From Solirubrobacterales bacterium (GTDB lineage Bacteria; Actinomycetota; Thermoleophilia; Solirubrobacterales; Solirubrobacteraceae), in NCBI GenBank assembly GCA_038207985.1, contig JBBQZE010000001.1, forward strand, positions 1 through 48,616: 48,616 nucleotides of DNA. Reading direction: 5' to 3'. The stretch's first letter is position 1, and every line of letters begins with the position of its first letter. Shown in pieces: positions 37,451 through 46,985 of the stretch. Made by a program: the position numbers and the translations under genes. Under the pieces are notes generated by a model that was given only the letters and a program-made list of their open reading frames with translations, had not been told where the DNA came from and made no database searches.

Positions 37451-39463
37451 ATGTCCACCCCATCCTTTCCGCTGTCCCTGCCCACCCTCGCCGGCACCCG
37501 CTCGCACCACCGCGCGCGTGTCGCCGTCAAGCATCCCGAGCTGCTGCTGCTGCTCCTGCTCGCGGGTGTCCTCGACCTCTGGGGCCTCTCCACCAACGGG
37601 CTCGCGAACGACTACTACGCGGCCGCGGTGCAGTCGATGACGAAGAGCTGGAGTGCGTTCATCTACGGCTCCTTCGACACGTCCAACGTCATGACCGTCG
37701 ACAAGCCGCCGCTCGCGCTGTGGGTCCAGGCCCTCTCGGCGCGTGCCTTCGGCTTCTCCTCGTGGAGCATCCTCGTGCCGCAGGCGCTGATGGGCGTCGC
37801 GACCGTGGGCCTCGCCTACGACCTCGTGCGCCGCGTCTTCGGTCGGCCGGCCGCGTTCGCCGCCGGGCTCGCGCTGGCGCTCACCCCGGTCACCGTCGCG
37901 CTATCGCGGCACAACAACCCGGACGCGCTCCTGACCCTCTGCTCCGTCGGCGCCGTGTGGGCCCTGCTGCGGGCACTCACGGACGGGCGCACCCGCTGGC
38001 TCGTGGTCTCGGGGGTCGGCGTCGGACTCGGCTTCGAGGCGAAGATGGCCGCGGCGCTGCTCGTGGTGCCGTCGATCGTGGCCGCCTACCTCTGGATCGC
38101 GCCGCGCGGGCGGCTGGTCGCCCTGCGCCAGCTCGCCGCGGGCGGCGCGGCGATGACGGTCGTGGGCCTGGCCTGGCCCGTGCTGATGTGGGCCGTCCCA
38201 GCGGGCAGCCGCCCGTGGATCTCGGGGACGAGCGACAACTCGATCTGGTCGCTGATCACGGGCTACAACGGCCTCGGTCGGCTCTTCGGCCAGGACGGCG
38301 GACCGGGCGCTGCCGCGGCCGGCGGTGTCGGTGGCGGTGCGGCCGCCGGTCCTGGCGGCGGCGGCGGAGGCGGCGTGTTCGGCGGCTCCACGGGCCCGTT
38401 CCGGCTGCTCAACGACGCCCTGGGCGGCCAGGCCGGCTGGCTGCTCGGCTTCGCCGCCGTGGCTGGGCTGGCCGTGCTGGTGCTCACGCGACTGCGGCGC
38501 GCCGACCCCCGCACGGGCTGGCTGATCCTCGTCGGCGGAGCCTCCCTCACGATCGCGGTCGCCTTCTCCCGTGCGCAGGGGATCTTCCACCCCTACTACG
38601 TCTCGTTGCTGGCCCCGTTCACCGCCGCGCTGGTCGGCGCCGGCGTCGGCGAGGCGCTGAAGGGCGGCCGGGTGCTGCGCGTCCTCGGCCCGGCGATGGT
38701 CGCGGCCGGCGTGGCCTGCGAGCTCGTCGTGCTGCACGACAACCCGGGCGAGCTCGGGTGGCTGGTGCCCTTGCTCGTAGCGGGCGGCGCCGCTGCCTGC
38801 GTGCTGCTCGCCGGCGGCGTGCGGGCCCGGCTGCGGGCCGGCGTCGTCGCCGCGGTGCTCGCCTTGCTGCTCATCGCGCCGGGCGCCTGGGCGTTCACGA
38901 CGCTCGGCCACGCCACCAGCTCCACCTTCCCGGCCGGTGGCCCGCAGTCCGCGGGTGGCACCGGTGGCATGGGAGGCCCGGGCGGGACGGGCATGCGGGG
39001 CCGACCCGGAGCCGCGGGCTTCGGCGCCCCCCCGGCCGGAGCACAGCGCGGCGCGGCGGGCGGGACCGCCCCTACCGCGGCGGGCGGCGGGATGCCCGGC
39101 GGTGAGGCCGACCTGGCGCCCGCGCTGGCCTACGCCAAGGCGCACGGCGGTGGCACGGTCGCCGTCTCGAGCCAGAACGGCGCGGCGAGCACCTTGGTCG
39201 CCTCAGGCGCCGACGTCGCCGCGATCGGCGGCTTCTCCGGGCAGGAGAGCCAGGTCAGCGCAGCGTGGCTGGCCGATGCGGTCGCCGCGGGGAAGATCCG
39301 CTGGGTGCTCACGACCAGCTCCGCGGGCACGGGCCAGCTCGGCAACCGCGTCGGCTCGAAGCAGATCATGGCCACGGCGGCCGAGGTCGGGACGCCGGTG
39401 ACGAGCGTGACGGGCCTCTACGACCTCCAGGGAAAGGCCGCCGCGCTCCGCGCCGCCGCCTGA
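37451..39463 (+). CDS. GT39/ArnT-family (GT-C) membrane glycosyltransferase, YkcB-like
   Basis: ANDYYAAAV, TVDKPPLALW, SRHNNPDALL, RPWISGT..NS, GYNGLGRL, FHPYY and IGGFSG motifs; Gly-rich loops. Confidence 0.9.
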   Translation: MSTPSFPLSLPTLAGTRSHHRARVAVKHPELLLLLLLAGVLDLWGLSTNGLANDYYAAAVQSMTKSWSAFIYGSFDTSNVMTVDKPPLALWVQALSARAFGFSSWSILVPQALMGVATVGLAYDLVRRVFGRPAAFAAGLALALTPVTVALSRHNNPDALLTLCSVGAVWALLRALTDGRTRWLVVSGVGVGLGFEAKMAAALLVVPSIVAAYLWIAPRGRLVALRQLAAGGAAMTVVGLAWPVLMWAVPAGSRPWISGTSDNSIWSLITGYNGLGRLFGQDGGPGAAAAGGVGGGAAAGPGGGGGGGVFGGSTGPFRLLNDALGGQAGWLLGFAAVAGLAVLVLTRLRRADPRTGWLILVGGASLTIAVAFSRAQGIFHPYYVSLLAPFTAALVGAGVGEALKGGRVLRVLGPAMVAAGVACELVVLHDNPGELGWLVPLLVAGGAAACVLLAGGVRARLRAGVVAAVLALLLIAPGAWAFTTLGHATSSTFPAGGPQSAGGTGGMGGPGGTGMRGRPGAAGFGAPPAGAQRGAAGGTAPTAAGGGMPGGEADLAPALAYAKAHGGGTVAVSSQNGAASTLVASGADVAAIGGFSGQESQVSAAWLADAVAAGKIRWVLTTSSAGTGQLGNRVGSKQIMATAAEVGTPVTSVTGLYDLQGKAAALRAAA

Positions 39464-39471
39464 CGCTCGCG

Positions 39472-40926
39472 TCAGCGCCGCGGCGTGCGGGAGACGCCGC
39501 CCGCGGCGTTCGCCTCGACCTGCGGGAACTTCTGGGTCTTGCCCTGGAAGGTCTGCGGCGCAGAGAGGTAGCAGCCGGGGGTGTCCGTGGGCGGCTTGAC
39601 ACCTGAGTTCGCGCAGTCGAAGGCCGGCAACGAGAACTTGGTCGGGTCCTTGATCCCGGAGCCGGCCAGCGCCCCAGGCGGATAGTAGGAGTTGCCGCGG
39701 TTGTCCGAAGTGCGGGTCATGGCCGGCAGCGACTGGGTGCCGAAGACGAGGACCTGCGGCAAGGCGTGGCCGTTGGTCCCGGTGCCGGGGCCCGCGGCGG
39801 TCGGGACTTTCAGGCCGAACGCGCTCGGGGGGACGCCCAGGAAGTCCGAGAGGGTCGACTGCTGGGTCTCGAAGTACTCGAGGATCGGGTTGACCTGCTG
39901 CAGGAACGGGCCGGCGGCGGAGAGCGTCGGGTCGAGCCCGCGCAGGACCCGGCCGAGCGCCGGGAAGCCGGTGCGCCCGGCGGTGATGAGCGGACGCAGG
40001 TCGAGGAAGAGCTGGTTGAGGTCGGGCGACAAGGTCCTCAGCGAGGCGAGCGTCGGCTGCACGTCGACCAGGACGGGCCGCAGGTCGCGGATCAGCGGCG
40101 TCGTGCTCAGGGAGAACGTCTTGAGCCGGCGCAGCGTCACGCGGGACTCGCGCAGGAAGGCCGGGAAGGCGACGATGCTCTCCGCGATCTTGTCCCGCCG
40201 CCCCGAGAGCGTGCGGAAGACGGTGGTGTTGTCCTTGATCAGACCCTGCAGCGCGCCCTCGTTGCGGGTGATGGCACCGAACGTGCGCCCCGTGTTGCGC
40301 ACCAGGGAGCCGAGCGCCTCCTGGCGGCGGTCGAGGACGTCGACGACACCTTGCGCGTTCTCGGCGAACGCGGGCAGGTTGCCCAGCGCGTCGGAGAGGT
40401 CCTGCGAGCGGCCCTCTCCCGCCTTGGCCGACGTGGCCTGCCACTGCTGGAAGACCTTGCGGGTCGGGGCGTCGAAGGTCGAGAGGAACTCGTCGAAGCT
40501 CACCGCGTGCTGCACGCGCCCGTTCGCCAGGCGCCCGTTCTCCGGAATCGCCGGGCTGCTCTTCTTGCCGAGCGACATCTCGACGTAGATCTCACCCAGC
40601 AGCGTCTTCTGGCGCAGCAAGGCCCGCGCGTCCTTGCGCAGCGGGGCGAATCGCGAATCGATTTCCAGTGTCGCCAGGGTGCGGTTGCCCTTCGGGTCGA
40701 GCTCCTTCTTGACCACCTTGCCGATCGGGACGCCCGCGACGCGGACGTCCGCCTGGTCGGCGAGCTGCGTCGCGTTGTCGAACGACACCTCCACCCGGTA
40801 GCCCTTGGGCTGCAGCGGAACGTGGCCGCCGAACGCGACCCAGAGGAACGTGAGCAGCCCGAAGCACGACAACGTGAACAGCGCGATGATCGCGAGGCGC
40901 CCCTTGCTGAGCTGAGCCTTCTGCAT
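39472..40926 (-). CDS. MCE/MlaD family protein (6th of operon)
   Basis: N-terminal TM; ADVRVAGVPIGKV and QKTLLGEIYVEM motifs; long helical region. Confidence 0.92.
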   Translation of the reverse strand: MQKAQLSKGRLAIIALFTLSCFGLLTFLWVAFGGHVPLQPKGYRVEVSFDNATQLADQADVRVAGVPIGKVVKKELDPKGNRTLATLEIDSRFAPLRKDARALLRQKTLLGEIYVEMSLGKKSSPAIPENGRLANGRVQHAVSFDEFLSTFDAPTRKVFQQWQATSAKAGEGRSQDLSDALGNLPAFAENAQGVVDVLDRRQEALGSLVRNTGRTFGAITRNEGALQGLIKDNTTVFRTLSGRRDKIAESIVAFPAFLRESRVTLRRLKTFSLSTTPLIRDLRPVLVDVQPTLASLRTLSPDLNQLFLDLRPLITAGRTGFPALGRVLRGLDPTLSAAGPFLQQVNPILEYFETQQSTLSDFLGVPPSAFGLKVPTAAGPGTGTNGHALPQVLVFGTQSLPAMTRTSDNRGNSYYPPGALAGSGIKDPTKFSLPAFDCANSGVKPPTDTPGCYLSAPQTFQGKTQKFPQVEANAAGGVSRTPRR

Positions 40927-42365
40927 CAGCGCTTCGCCGCCTTCTTGGCCGCCGCGCGCGGCAGCGGCAGGCCGCCTGCGCCGAGCAGCGGGAGGCCCCC
41001 GGTGAGCTGCTTGACGATCGCCACGGGGTCGATGGACGGCGTGTCCGGGTTGCCGCAGGCGGTGGCCAGCAGCGGTGACAGCCCCATCGCGAACTCCAGG
41101 GCGGGCTGGCCCGTGACCAGGCTGGTCAGCGTGTCGCAGGTGCCCGTGTTGAGGATCGCGCGCTGCGGCCCGTTGGCGTCGTCGGTGTTGATGAGGTTGG
41201 CGCCCTGGTGCGTCGCCCAAGCGATCCAGAACAGGTAGCCCTCGTCGCGGCCGACCTTGTCGGGGCCCTCGGTGCCGTTTTTGTTGAAGGCCATCAGGTT
41301 GAACAGCCGGTTGAGCACGTGGGTCGAGCGCTGGAGCTCGGGCGCGACCGCCGACAGGTCGGTCGCGGCGGGCCCGAGGTCACGAACGAGCGGGCGCGAA
41401 GCACGCACGAAGGGCCGGATCTGCGTGCGGACGATCGGCGTGGCCTCCTTGGCGAACGGCCGCACCCGGCCGTTGGCCCGATCGAGCGCCCGGACGGTCG
41501 GTGTCAGCGCCCTCGTCGCCGGACCGAGCTCCTCCGCGAACGGCCGCACTTCGCGCAGCGTCTTGGTCGCCTGGCGCAGGGTGCCGGGGAGCTCGCTCAC
41601 CGTCGAGCGGAGGTTCGCGTCCTCCGAGGCGAAGGCCCCGAACGTGGCGTCGGCCGCGGTCACCAGGCCGGAGATGTCCTTCGGGCGCTCGGCCAGCTTG
41701 CCGCTCAGGCCGGCCAGCGAGCTGACGACGCTGCGCAGCGCCAGGCGCTCGCTCGCGACGGCACGGTTCACGCGCCCGAGGTCCCTGAGGGTCGGTCCGA
41801 AGCGCTTGAAGACCTCGGCAAGGTCGCCCCCGCGCCCCTTCAGGCCGGTCGACGTGCCGTTGAGCAGCAGTGCCAGGTAGTCGCGCGTGCGCCCGTCGAG
41901 CTGCGCCAGGAGCTCGTCGAGGTTCACGTCGCTGAGCGTGTTCTGAACCGGGATGACGTGTCCCTCGCGCACGGCCGGCGTCTTCCAGCTCCCCGGCGTG
42001 ATGTCCACGAACATGTCCCGCAGCGGGGTCCGGGGGCGCAGCAGCGCGTGGGCGTCGTCGCGGATCAGGCCGTTGTCGATGTACTTCGGCTCGATGTCCA
42101 GCCCGATCCTGGCCCGGCCGTCCACCAGCTCGACGGTGGCGATCTTGCCCACCTGCACGCCTGAGACCTGCACGGTCTGGCCCTGGCCCGGCGCCACGGC
42201 CTGGGCCGAGTCCAGGACGGCCATGATGCGCACGGGCTTGGCGGAGACGAACGGGATCCGGGCGCCCTGCTGCAGCACGATGTAGGCCGCGACCGCGAGG
42301 GCGATCGCCGCGAGCACCAGCAGCACCACGATGTAGCGGAGGTTCTTGCGCAGGACGAGCATCAT
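40926..42365 (-). CDS. MCE/MlaD family protein (5th)
   Basis: TM; TVQVSGVQVGKI and RPRTPLRDMFVDITPG motifs; overlapping start/stop coupling. Confidence 0.92.
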   Translation of the reverse strand: MMLVLRKNLRYIVVLLVLAAIALAVAAYIVLQQGARIPFVSAKPVRIMAVLDSAQAVAPGQGQTVQVSGVQVGKIATVELVDGRARIGLDIEPKYIDNGLIRDDAHALLRPRTPLRDMFVDITPGSWKTPAVREGHVIPVQNTLSDVNLDELLAQLDGRTRDYLALLLNGTSTGLKGRGGDLAEVFKRFGPTLRDLGRVNRAVASERLALRSVVSSLAGLSGKLAERPKDISGLVTAADATFGAFASEDANLRSTVSELPGTLRQATKTLREVRPFAEELGPATRALTPTVRALDRANGRVRPFAKEATPIVRTQIRPFVRASRPLVRDLGPAATDLSAVAPELQRSTHVLNRLFNLMAFNKNGTEGPDKVGRDEGYLFWIAWATHQGANLINTDDANGPQRAILNTGTCDTLTSLVTGQPALEFAMGLSPLLATACGNPDTPSIDPVAIVKQLTGGLPLLGAGGLPLPRAAAKKAAKR

Positions 42366-43921
42366 CGGCGTGCCTTCGCCCGGATGGCCGCGAGCACGTC
42401 CGCCTTGGTGGCCGATCGCCCGAGCACCTTCGTCGCGCTCCCGGCCGTCGTGAGCTGGTCCTGGAGGACCGCGACCGCGACCGCCTGGGCCTTGGCGATG
42501 CGCTCGGCCACCTTCGGGTCGTTCAGGTCGGACGGCGTCGACTGCGGCGGCGCGCCCGGGTTCGTGCTGAGGTCGGGGAGCTCCTGGTTCTCACACGGGG
42601 CGTCAGGCTCGAGCGGCGGCGGCTTGACCTGCGGCGGCGGGTTGATGCCCTGCATGGCCGACGACGACGTGCCGAGCAGGCCGTTGCCGAGCGACACCGT
42701 CTGCAGGCCACCCGTGCCGAGGACCTTGAACCACTGCCCGTTCGCGTCCGACGAGCGGCTCTCGCCGGCGAGGCCGACAATCGACTTCGGCAGCTCCTCG
42801 AAGACCTTGCCCTGGGCCGGGAACGCCTTGTCGGTCAGCGTCAGGTTGCCCCAGGGCACCAGCGTCGTCGTGACGCACGACGCGAGCGTGCGCAGCTCGC
42901 CGAGCAGCGGCACCGACGTCGTCGCCAACCTGGTGAGCGGCGGCGTCGCGGCCCGCAAGTCCTGCGACAGGCCGCGCAGCTCGTCCGGCGCGACGAGCCC
43001 GCGCAGCTGCTTGATGAGCGGGAGCAGGACGTCGACGGTCGGCCCGGTCGACTTCACGCCCGGCAGCGCGGCGCGGGCGAAGGAGCGCACCGACGGGAAG
43101 GCGACGTTCAGCGCGGAGAGCGTCGGCAGCGCGGCGCGCAGCGTCACCGGGAGCTCCTGCAGCGCGGCCTGGAGGTCCGCTTGGCGGTCGGCCAAGGCGC
43201 GCGCGGTCGTGTTGAAGTTCGACACCAGGCCTTGGAGGGCAGCGGGGTCCTGGTCGAACGCGGCCGAGACGATGCCCTGCGAGCGGATGAACTTGCTGAG
43301 ATCGTGCGGCTGCTCGCCGAGGAGCGCTTCGGAGACGATCGCGGAGAACTTGTAGGCCGCGGGCTGGTAGTCCAGCGAGGCGGCGAGCGCCTTGCCGGCG
43401 CCGGCGTCCTGCGCCGTGCCGATCTCCTTGACCGTGGACTGCAGGCTCGCGCGGACGTCGCCCTTGAGCGCGTCCAGGACCTGGTCGAACTGCACCGGGT
43501 TCGCGGTCTGGGCGACGGGAAGCATGCCCCCGGAACCGAGATCAGGGGACCCGGGCTGGCCCGGGGAGAGCTCCACGAAGAAGTTGCCCTCGAGGAAGAT
43601 GCGCGGGCGGATCTTGGCGGTGGCGTCCTTGTGGATCGGGAGGCCGTTCTTCTTGATCGCCATCGTCACGGTGGCGGTCCGCGCGCCCGGCCTGGTCGCG
43701 GCGACCTTCGTGACGCGGCCGACCTCGACGCCGGCGATCCGCACGGGCGAGCCCTTGCGGATCCCGCTGGAGTCCTTGAACGCCGCCTGCATCGTGTAAG
43801 GCTCGTTGAGGAACGGGATGTCCTTGGTGACCGCCAGGAAGCAGCCGATGACGATGACGACCAGGAACGCGATGGCGATCGGGATCGGCGGGACCTCCTT
43901 GCGTCGGCGCGTGCCGGTCAC
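42362..43921 (-). CDS. MCE/MlaD family protein (4th)
   Basis: TM; GSPVRIAGVEVGRV and RPRIFLEGNFFVELSPG motifs. Confidence 0.92.
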   Translation of the reverse strand: MTGTRRRKEVPPIPIAIAFLVVIVIGCFLAVTKDIPFLNEPYTMQAAFKDSSGIRKGSPVRIAGVEVGRVTKVAATRPGARTATVTMAIKKNGLPIHKDATAKIRPRIFLEGNFFVELSPGQPGSPDLGSGGMLPVAQTANPVQFDQVLDALKGDVRASLQSTVKEIGTAQDAGAGKALAASLDYQPAAYKFSAIVSEALLGEQPHDLSKFIRSQGIVSAAFDQDPAALQGLVSNFNTTARALADRQADLQAALQELPVTLRAALPTLSALNVAFPSVRSFARAALPGVKSTGPTVDVLLPLIKQLRGLVAPDELRGLSQDLRAATPPLTRLATTSVPLLGELRTLASCVTTTLVPWGNLTLTDKAFPAQGKVFEELPKSIVGLAGESRSSDANGQWFKVLGTGGLQTVSLGNGLLGTSSSAMQGINPPPQVKPPPLEPDAPCENQELPDLSTNPGAPPQSTPSDLNDPKVAERIAKAQAVAVAVLQDQLTTAGSATKVLGRSATKADVLAAIRAKARR

Positions 43922-45447
43922 GGCTGGACCACCTTCGGCGCGCGACCCGTCGGCTCGGCGGAGAACGTCTCGCCCGCGGGGACCTTCGGCTTGCCGGTGA
44001 ACGTCGGGCCCTGGTTGCCGGGCGTCCGCGGGTCGACGGCGACGTTCAGGCCGGCGGGCGCGCCTTCGGCCAGGCGCGCCGGATACCCGCGCTGGCCCTG
44101 CTCGCAGTCCGCGTTGCCCTGGGCGTCGACGGCACGGCCGTAGGGCTGGGCGTGCAGCGCCGGGGCGTCGCCCATCAGCTGGGTGAAACCGGGGACGGCC
44201 CCGGACCCGTCCGCCGGCCGCACCGCGCCGAACTTGTTCAACCCGTTGGTCTGCGGCGGGACGTTCTTGACCACGATGCGCTGCAGGGTCCCGCCCGGGA
44301 TCCGCTCGGCGACGTGGTCGGAGAAGAAGGTCCAGAAGTAGTTCCAGTAGTTGCAGACCGTGACGTGCGGCCCGAGGTACTGCAGTGTCGGGTTCAGCGT
44401 CTGCGCCGTCGATTGCAGCCCGGCGAGCGCGAGGTTGGCCAGCGGCGAGCGGCCGAGCGCACCCAGTGCCTGCAGCGAGCTGCCGAGCTGGTCGCTCAGC
44501 GGCACGGTGTCCGGAAGCACATCGGTGCCCGTGGCCAGCGCCCGCGAGATGACCGGGGCGCTGCGGCGCAGCTCGCGCGCGGTGCCCGTCGTCACGTCGG
44601 CGATCTGGGCGAGCGCGCGGAAGAGCGGCCGCTGGGCGGGGAGGCTGTCGATAGCGGCGTCGAGCGTGGGCGGGGACTCGGCGATGGTCGCGTCCAGCGC
44701 CGCCGGGTCGCGCGAGAACGCCTCGAAGGTGTTCGCCCCGAAGGTGAACCCATCGGAGAGGTCACCGGCGACCGGCGCCGTGAGCCGCGCGAAGTCCGCG
44801 AGCTCGGAGACGAAGCGTGGGAGATCGTTGCGCGGCGCGCTGAGCGTCTGGGCCACGGGGACGATGCCGCGGAGGAGCGGCGGGAGCGCTGCGAAGGTCC
44901 GGTTGAGCGACACGCCGCGCCCGGCGAGCGCGTCGCCGTAGGTGACCAGATTCGAGCGCACGTTCTCGCGCGTCGGTTTGTCGAAGATCGAGAAGAAGTC
45001 GTCGAGCTCGGGCCGGACGGTCCCGGTGCGGCCGGTCACGACGCTGCCGTCGGCCAGCTCTTTCGACGACTGGCCGCGCACGAGGTCGATGTACTTCAGC
45101 CCGAGGGTCGACTTCGCGCGGATCTCGTAGTTCGTGTCCTTGGGGAACGGCGCGTACTTGCGCTCGAGCTGCAGGGTCAGCTCCGCGCCCTGGCTGCCGT
45201 TCGCGAGCCGCACCGGGTCGATGTTGGCGACCTGACCGATGCGCTCGCCGCCCTCGCGGACCTCGTTGCCGACGACGAGGCGCTCGGAGTTCGCCACCTC
45301 GACCTTGACGGTGAAGGTGGGGATGAACGGCAGCCCCTTGTTGGCGTTGTAGGCCAGGAAGACCGCGACGATGACCACCACGGTCGCGACGGCGCCGATG
45401 AGGATCGGGTTGGCGGCGACGGAGGCCGTCTTGCTCCGGCGCTTCAT
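43918..45447 (-). CDS. MCE/MlaD family protein (3rd)
   Basis: ATG 45447 (MKRRSK) overlaps the upstream stop; TM; GNEVREGGERIGQV and STLGLKYIDL motifs. Confidence 0.92.
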   Translation of the reverse strand: MKRRSKTASVAANPILIGAVATVVVIVAVFLAYNANKGLPFIPTFTVKVEVANSERLVVGNEVREGGERIGQVANIDPVRLANGSQGAELTLQLERKYAPFPKDTNYEIRAKSTLGLKYIDLVRGQSSKELADGSVVTGRTGTVRPELDDFFSIFDKPTRENVRSNLVTYGDALAGRGVSLNRTFAALPPLLRGIVPVAQTLSAPRNDLPRFVSELADFARLTAPVAGDLSDGFTFGANTFEAFSRDPAALDATIAESPPTLDAAIDSLPAQRPLFRALAQIADVTTGTARELRRSAPVISRALATGTDVLPDTVPLSDQLGSSLQALGALGRSPLANLALAGLQSTAQTLNPTLQYLGPHVTVCNYWNYFWTFFSDHVAERIPGGTLQRIVVKNVPPQTNGLNKFGAVRPADGSGAVPGFTQLMGDAPALHAQPYGRAVDAQGNADCEQGQRGYPARLAEGAPAGLNVAVDPRTPGNQGPTFTGKPKVPAGETFSAEPTGRAPKVVQP

Positions 45448-46985
45448 CCGAGCAGGTACCCGAGGAGGTCGGAGACGGCCTTGGCCGAGGGTGCGGGGGC
45501 GGGCGCGGGGGCAGGGGTGGTGGCCGAGGGCAGCGAGGTCGTCGTCCGGCCCGCCGAGCGCGGCAGCGGCGGAAGGGCGGGGACGGCCGGCGGCGCGGGC
45601 ACAGCGGGGACGGCCGGCAGCGGCGGCAGTGCCGGCAGGCCGGGGAGGGCCGGCAGCAGTGCCCCCGGACCCGTGGCGCCCGTGGCGCCGGTCGCCGCCG
45701 GGGTCGCCTCGAGCTTGCCGCCGGGGCCGAGGGCCGACGAGCAGCGCTTCGTGCGCTCGGGGTCGGCCAGGGCGGTGCTGCCGTTCGTGTAGTTCGAGCA
45801 TTCGTTGATCAGCAGGTTGATCTTCAGGATGTAGCCGCGGTCGTCGAACAGGTTGATCGCCTGCGACTGCTCGAAGAAGAACTGCAGGAACGCCTCGAGC
45901 CCGGTGAAGCCCATCCCGCCGGGGCTGTTCTCGTTCTTCTCCACCGCGTTGGCGCGGTCGTCGATGTGCTCGAGCACGTAGCGCAGGTTCGTGACGGGCT
46001 CCTTCGTCACCGCGGCGACCGAGCGCAGCGTCCGCACGAACGTCCGGGAGTCGGTCACGGCCTTCGTGCCGGTGGTCGACGCACGACCCAGCGCCCTGAC
46101 CGCGGGCCGCGACGCGTCGGCGAACGGCCCCAGGCGGTTCAGCAGCGTGGTCAGCGACGGCGCCGCCACCCGGAGGTCGGCGAGTGCCGGCGTCTGCCGC
46201 TTGGCGGCGACGCCGAGGTCGCGCAGGGTCGGGCGCAGGAGCCGCTCGAAGGTCGGCAGCCGCCGGATCGTGCCCGCGAGCTCCTTGCGGCGGTTGGCGG
46301 AGATCACGGCGGTGTCGCGAGCCTCGGCCACGAACCGCGCCACGTTGCTCCGGTTCCCGTTCAGCCGGCCGAAGGTCTTGGCGGAGTCGCGCGTGAGCTG
46401 CGTCAGCGTGTCGCGCTCGCGGCTGAGGAGGACCAGCACGCGGTCGGTCTCGCGCAGCGCGGGGATCGCGCGCCGGACGGTCTCGTTGACGTCGCCGCCC
46501 CGCGCCGCGAAGCCCTGGCCGAGCTCGGAGAGGACGACCCCCAGACGCTCGCGGTAGGGCTTGCGCATCACGTCGAGGACGAGGTCCGGGGCGATCGTGC
46601 CGGCGGTGCGGCTGATCGGCACGGTGCCCTTCGGGCGCAACTTGGCCCGCGCCGTGCCGGGGTCGCAGTCCATGAAGTACTCGCCGATGAGCGACTGCGG
46701 CTTGATGACGCACGAGGCGTCGGTGCGCAGGCCTGCGAACTCGGGACGGTCGACGGTGACGACCGCGATGGCCTTCGCCGTGCGCGCCTCGACGTCCAGG
46801 GACTTGATCGAGCCGACCTTCACCCCGGCGGCGCGGAAGTCGGCGCCTTCCGTGAGCCCCGAGGCGCTGTCGAGCTCCACGCGGTACTCCAGCGCGTCCT
46901 TGCCGCCGCCGGCGCCCATGGCGAGCACCACCACCCCAGCGATGACGAGGCCTGCAACCAGGAGGAGGGCGAGGGTGCGCCTCAT
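45444..46985 (-). CDS. MCE/MlaD family protein (2nd) with Pro-rich C-terminal tail
   Basis: TM; GADFRAAGVKVGSI and PQSLIGEYFMDCDPG motifs. Confidence 0.92.
   Translation of the reverse strand: MRRTLALLLVAGLVIAGVVVLAMGAGGGKDALEYRVELDSASGLTEGADFRAAGVKVGSIKSLDVEARTAKAIAVVTVDRPEFAGLRTDASCVIKPQSLIGEYFMDCDPGTARAKLRPKGTVPISRTAGTIAPDLVLDVMRKPYRERLGVVLSELGQGFAARGGDVNETVRRAIPALRETDRVLVLLSRERDTLTQLTRDSAKTFGRLNGNRSNVARFVAEARDTAVISANRRKELAGTIRRLPTFERLLRPTLRDLGVAAKRQTPALADLRVAAPSLTTLLNRLGPFADASRPAVRALGRASTTGTKAVTDSRTFVRTLRSVAAVTKEPVTNLRYVLEHIDDRANAVEKNENSPGGMGFTGLEAFLQFFFEQSQAINLFDDRGYILKINLLINECSNYTNGSTALADPERTKRCSSALGPGGKLEATPAATGATGATGPGALLPALPGLPALPPLPAVPAVPAPPAVPALPPLPRSAGRTTTSLPSATTPAPAPAPAPSAKAVSDLLGYLLG
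45562..45660 (-). repeat. Degenerate 9-bp tandem repeat encoding (Pxx)n linker in the MCE tail
   Basis: Encodes LPALPGLPALPPLPAVPAVPAPPAVPALPPLP. Confidence 0.7.

Noticed and set aside
38290-39110. Gly-rich GGC runs inside the GT39 gene as tandem-repeat loci
   Set aside because: Low-complexity loops that are normal for this glycosyltransferase family; the reading frame is intact.
39460-39475. Small hairpin CTGACGC-TC-GCGTCAG spanning the stop codons of convergent genes
   Set aside because: Short, partly explained by two facing TGA codons, and too weak to call a terminator.
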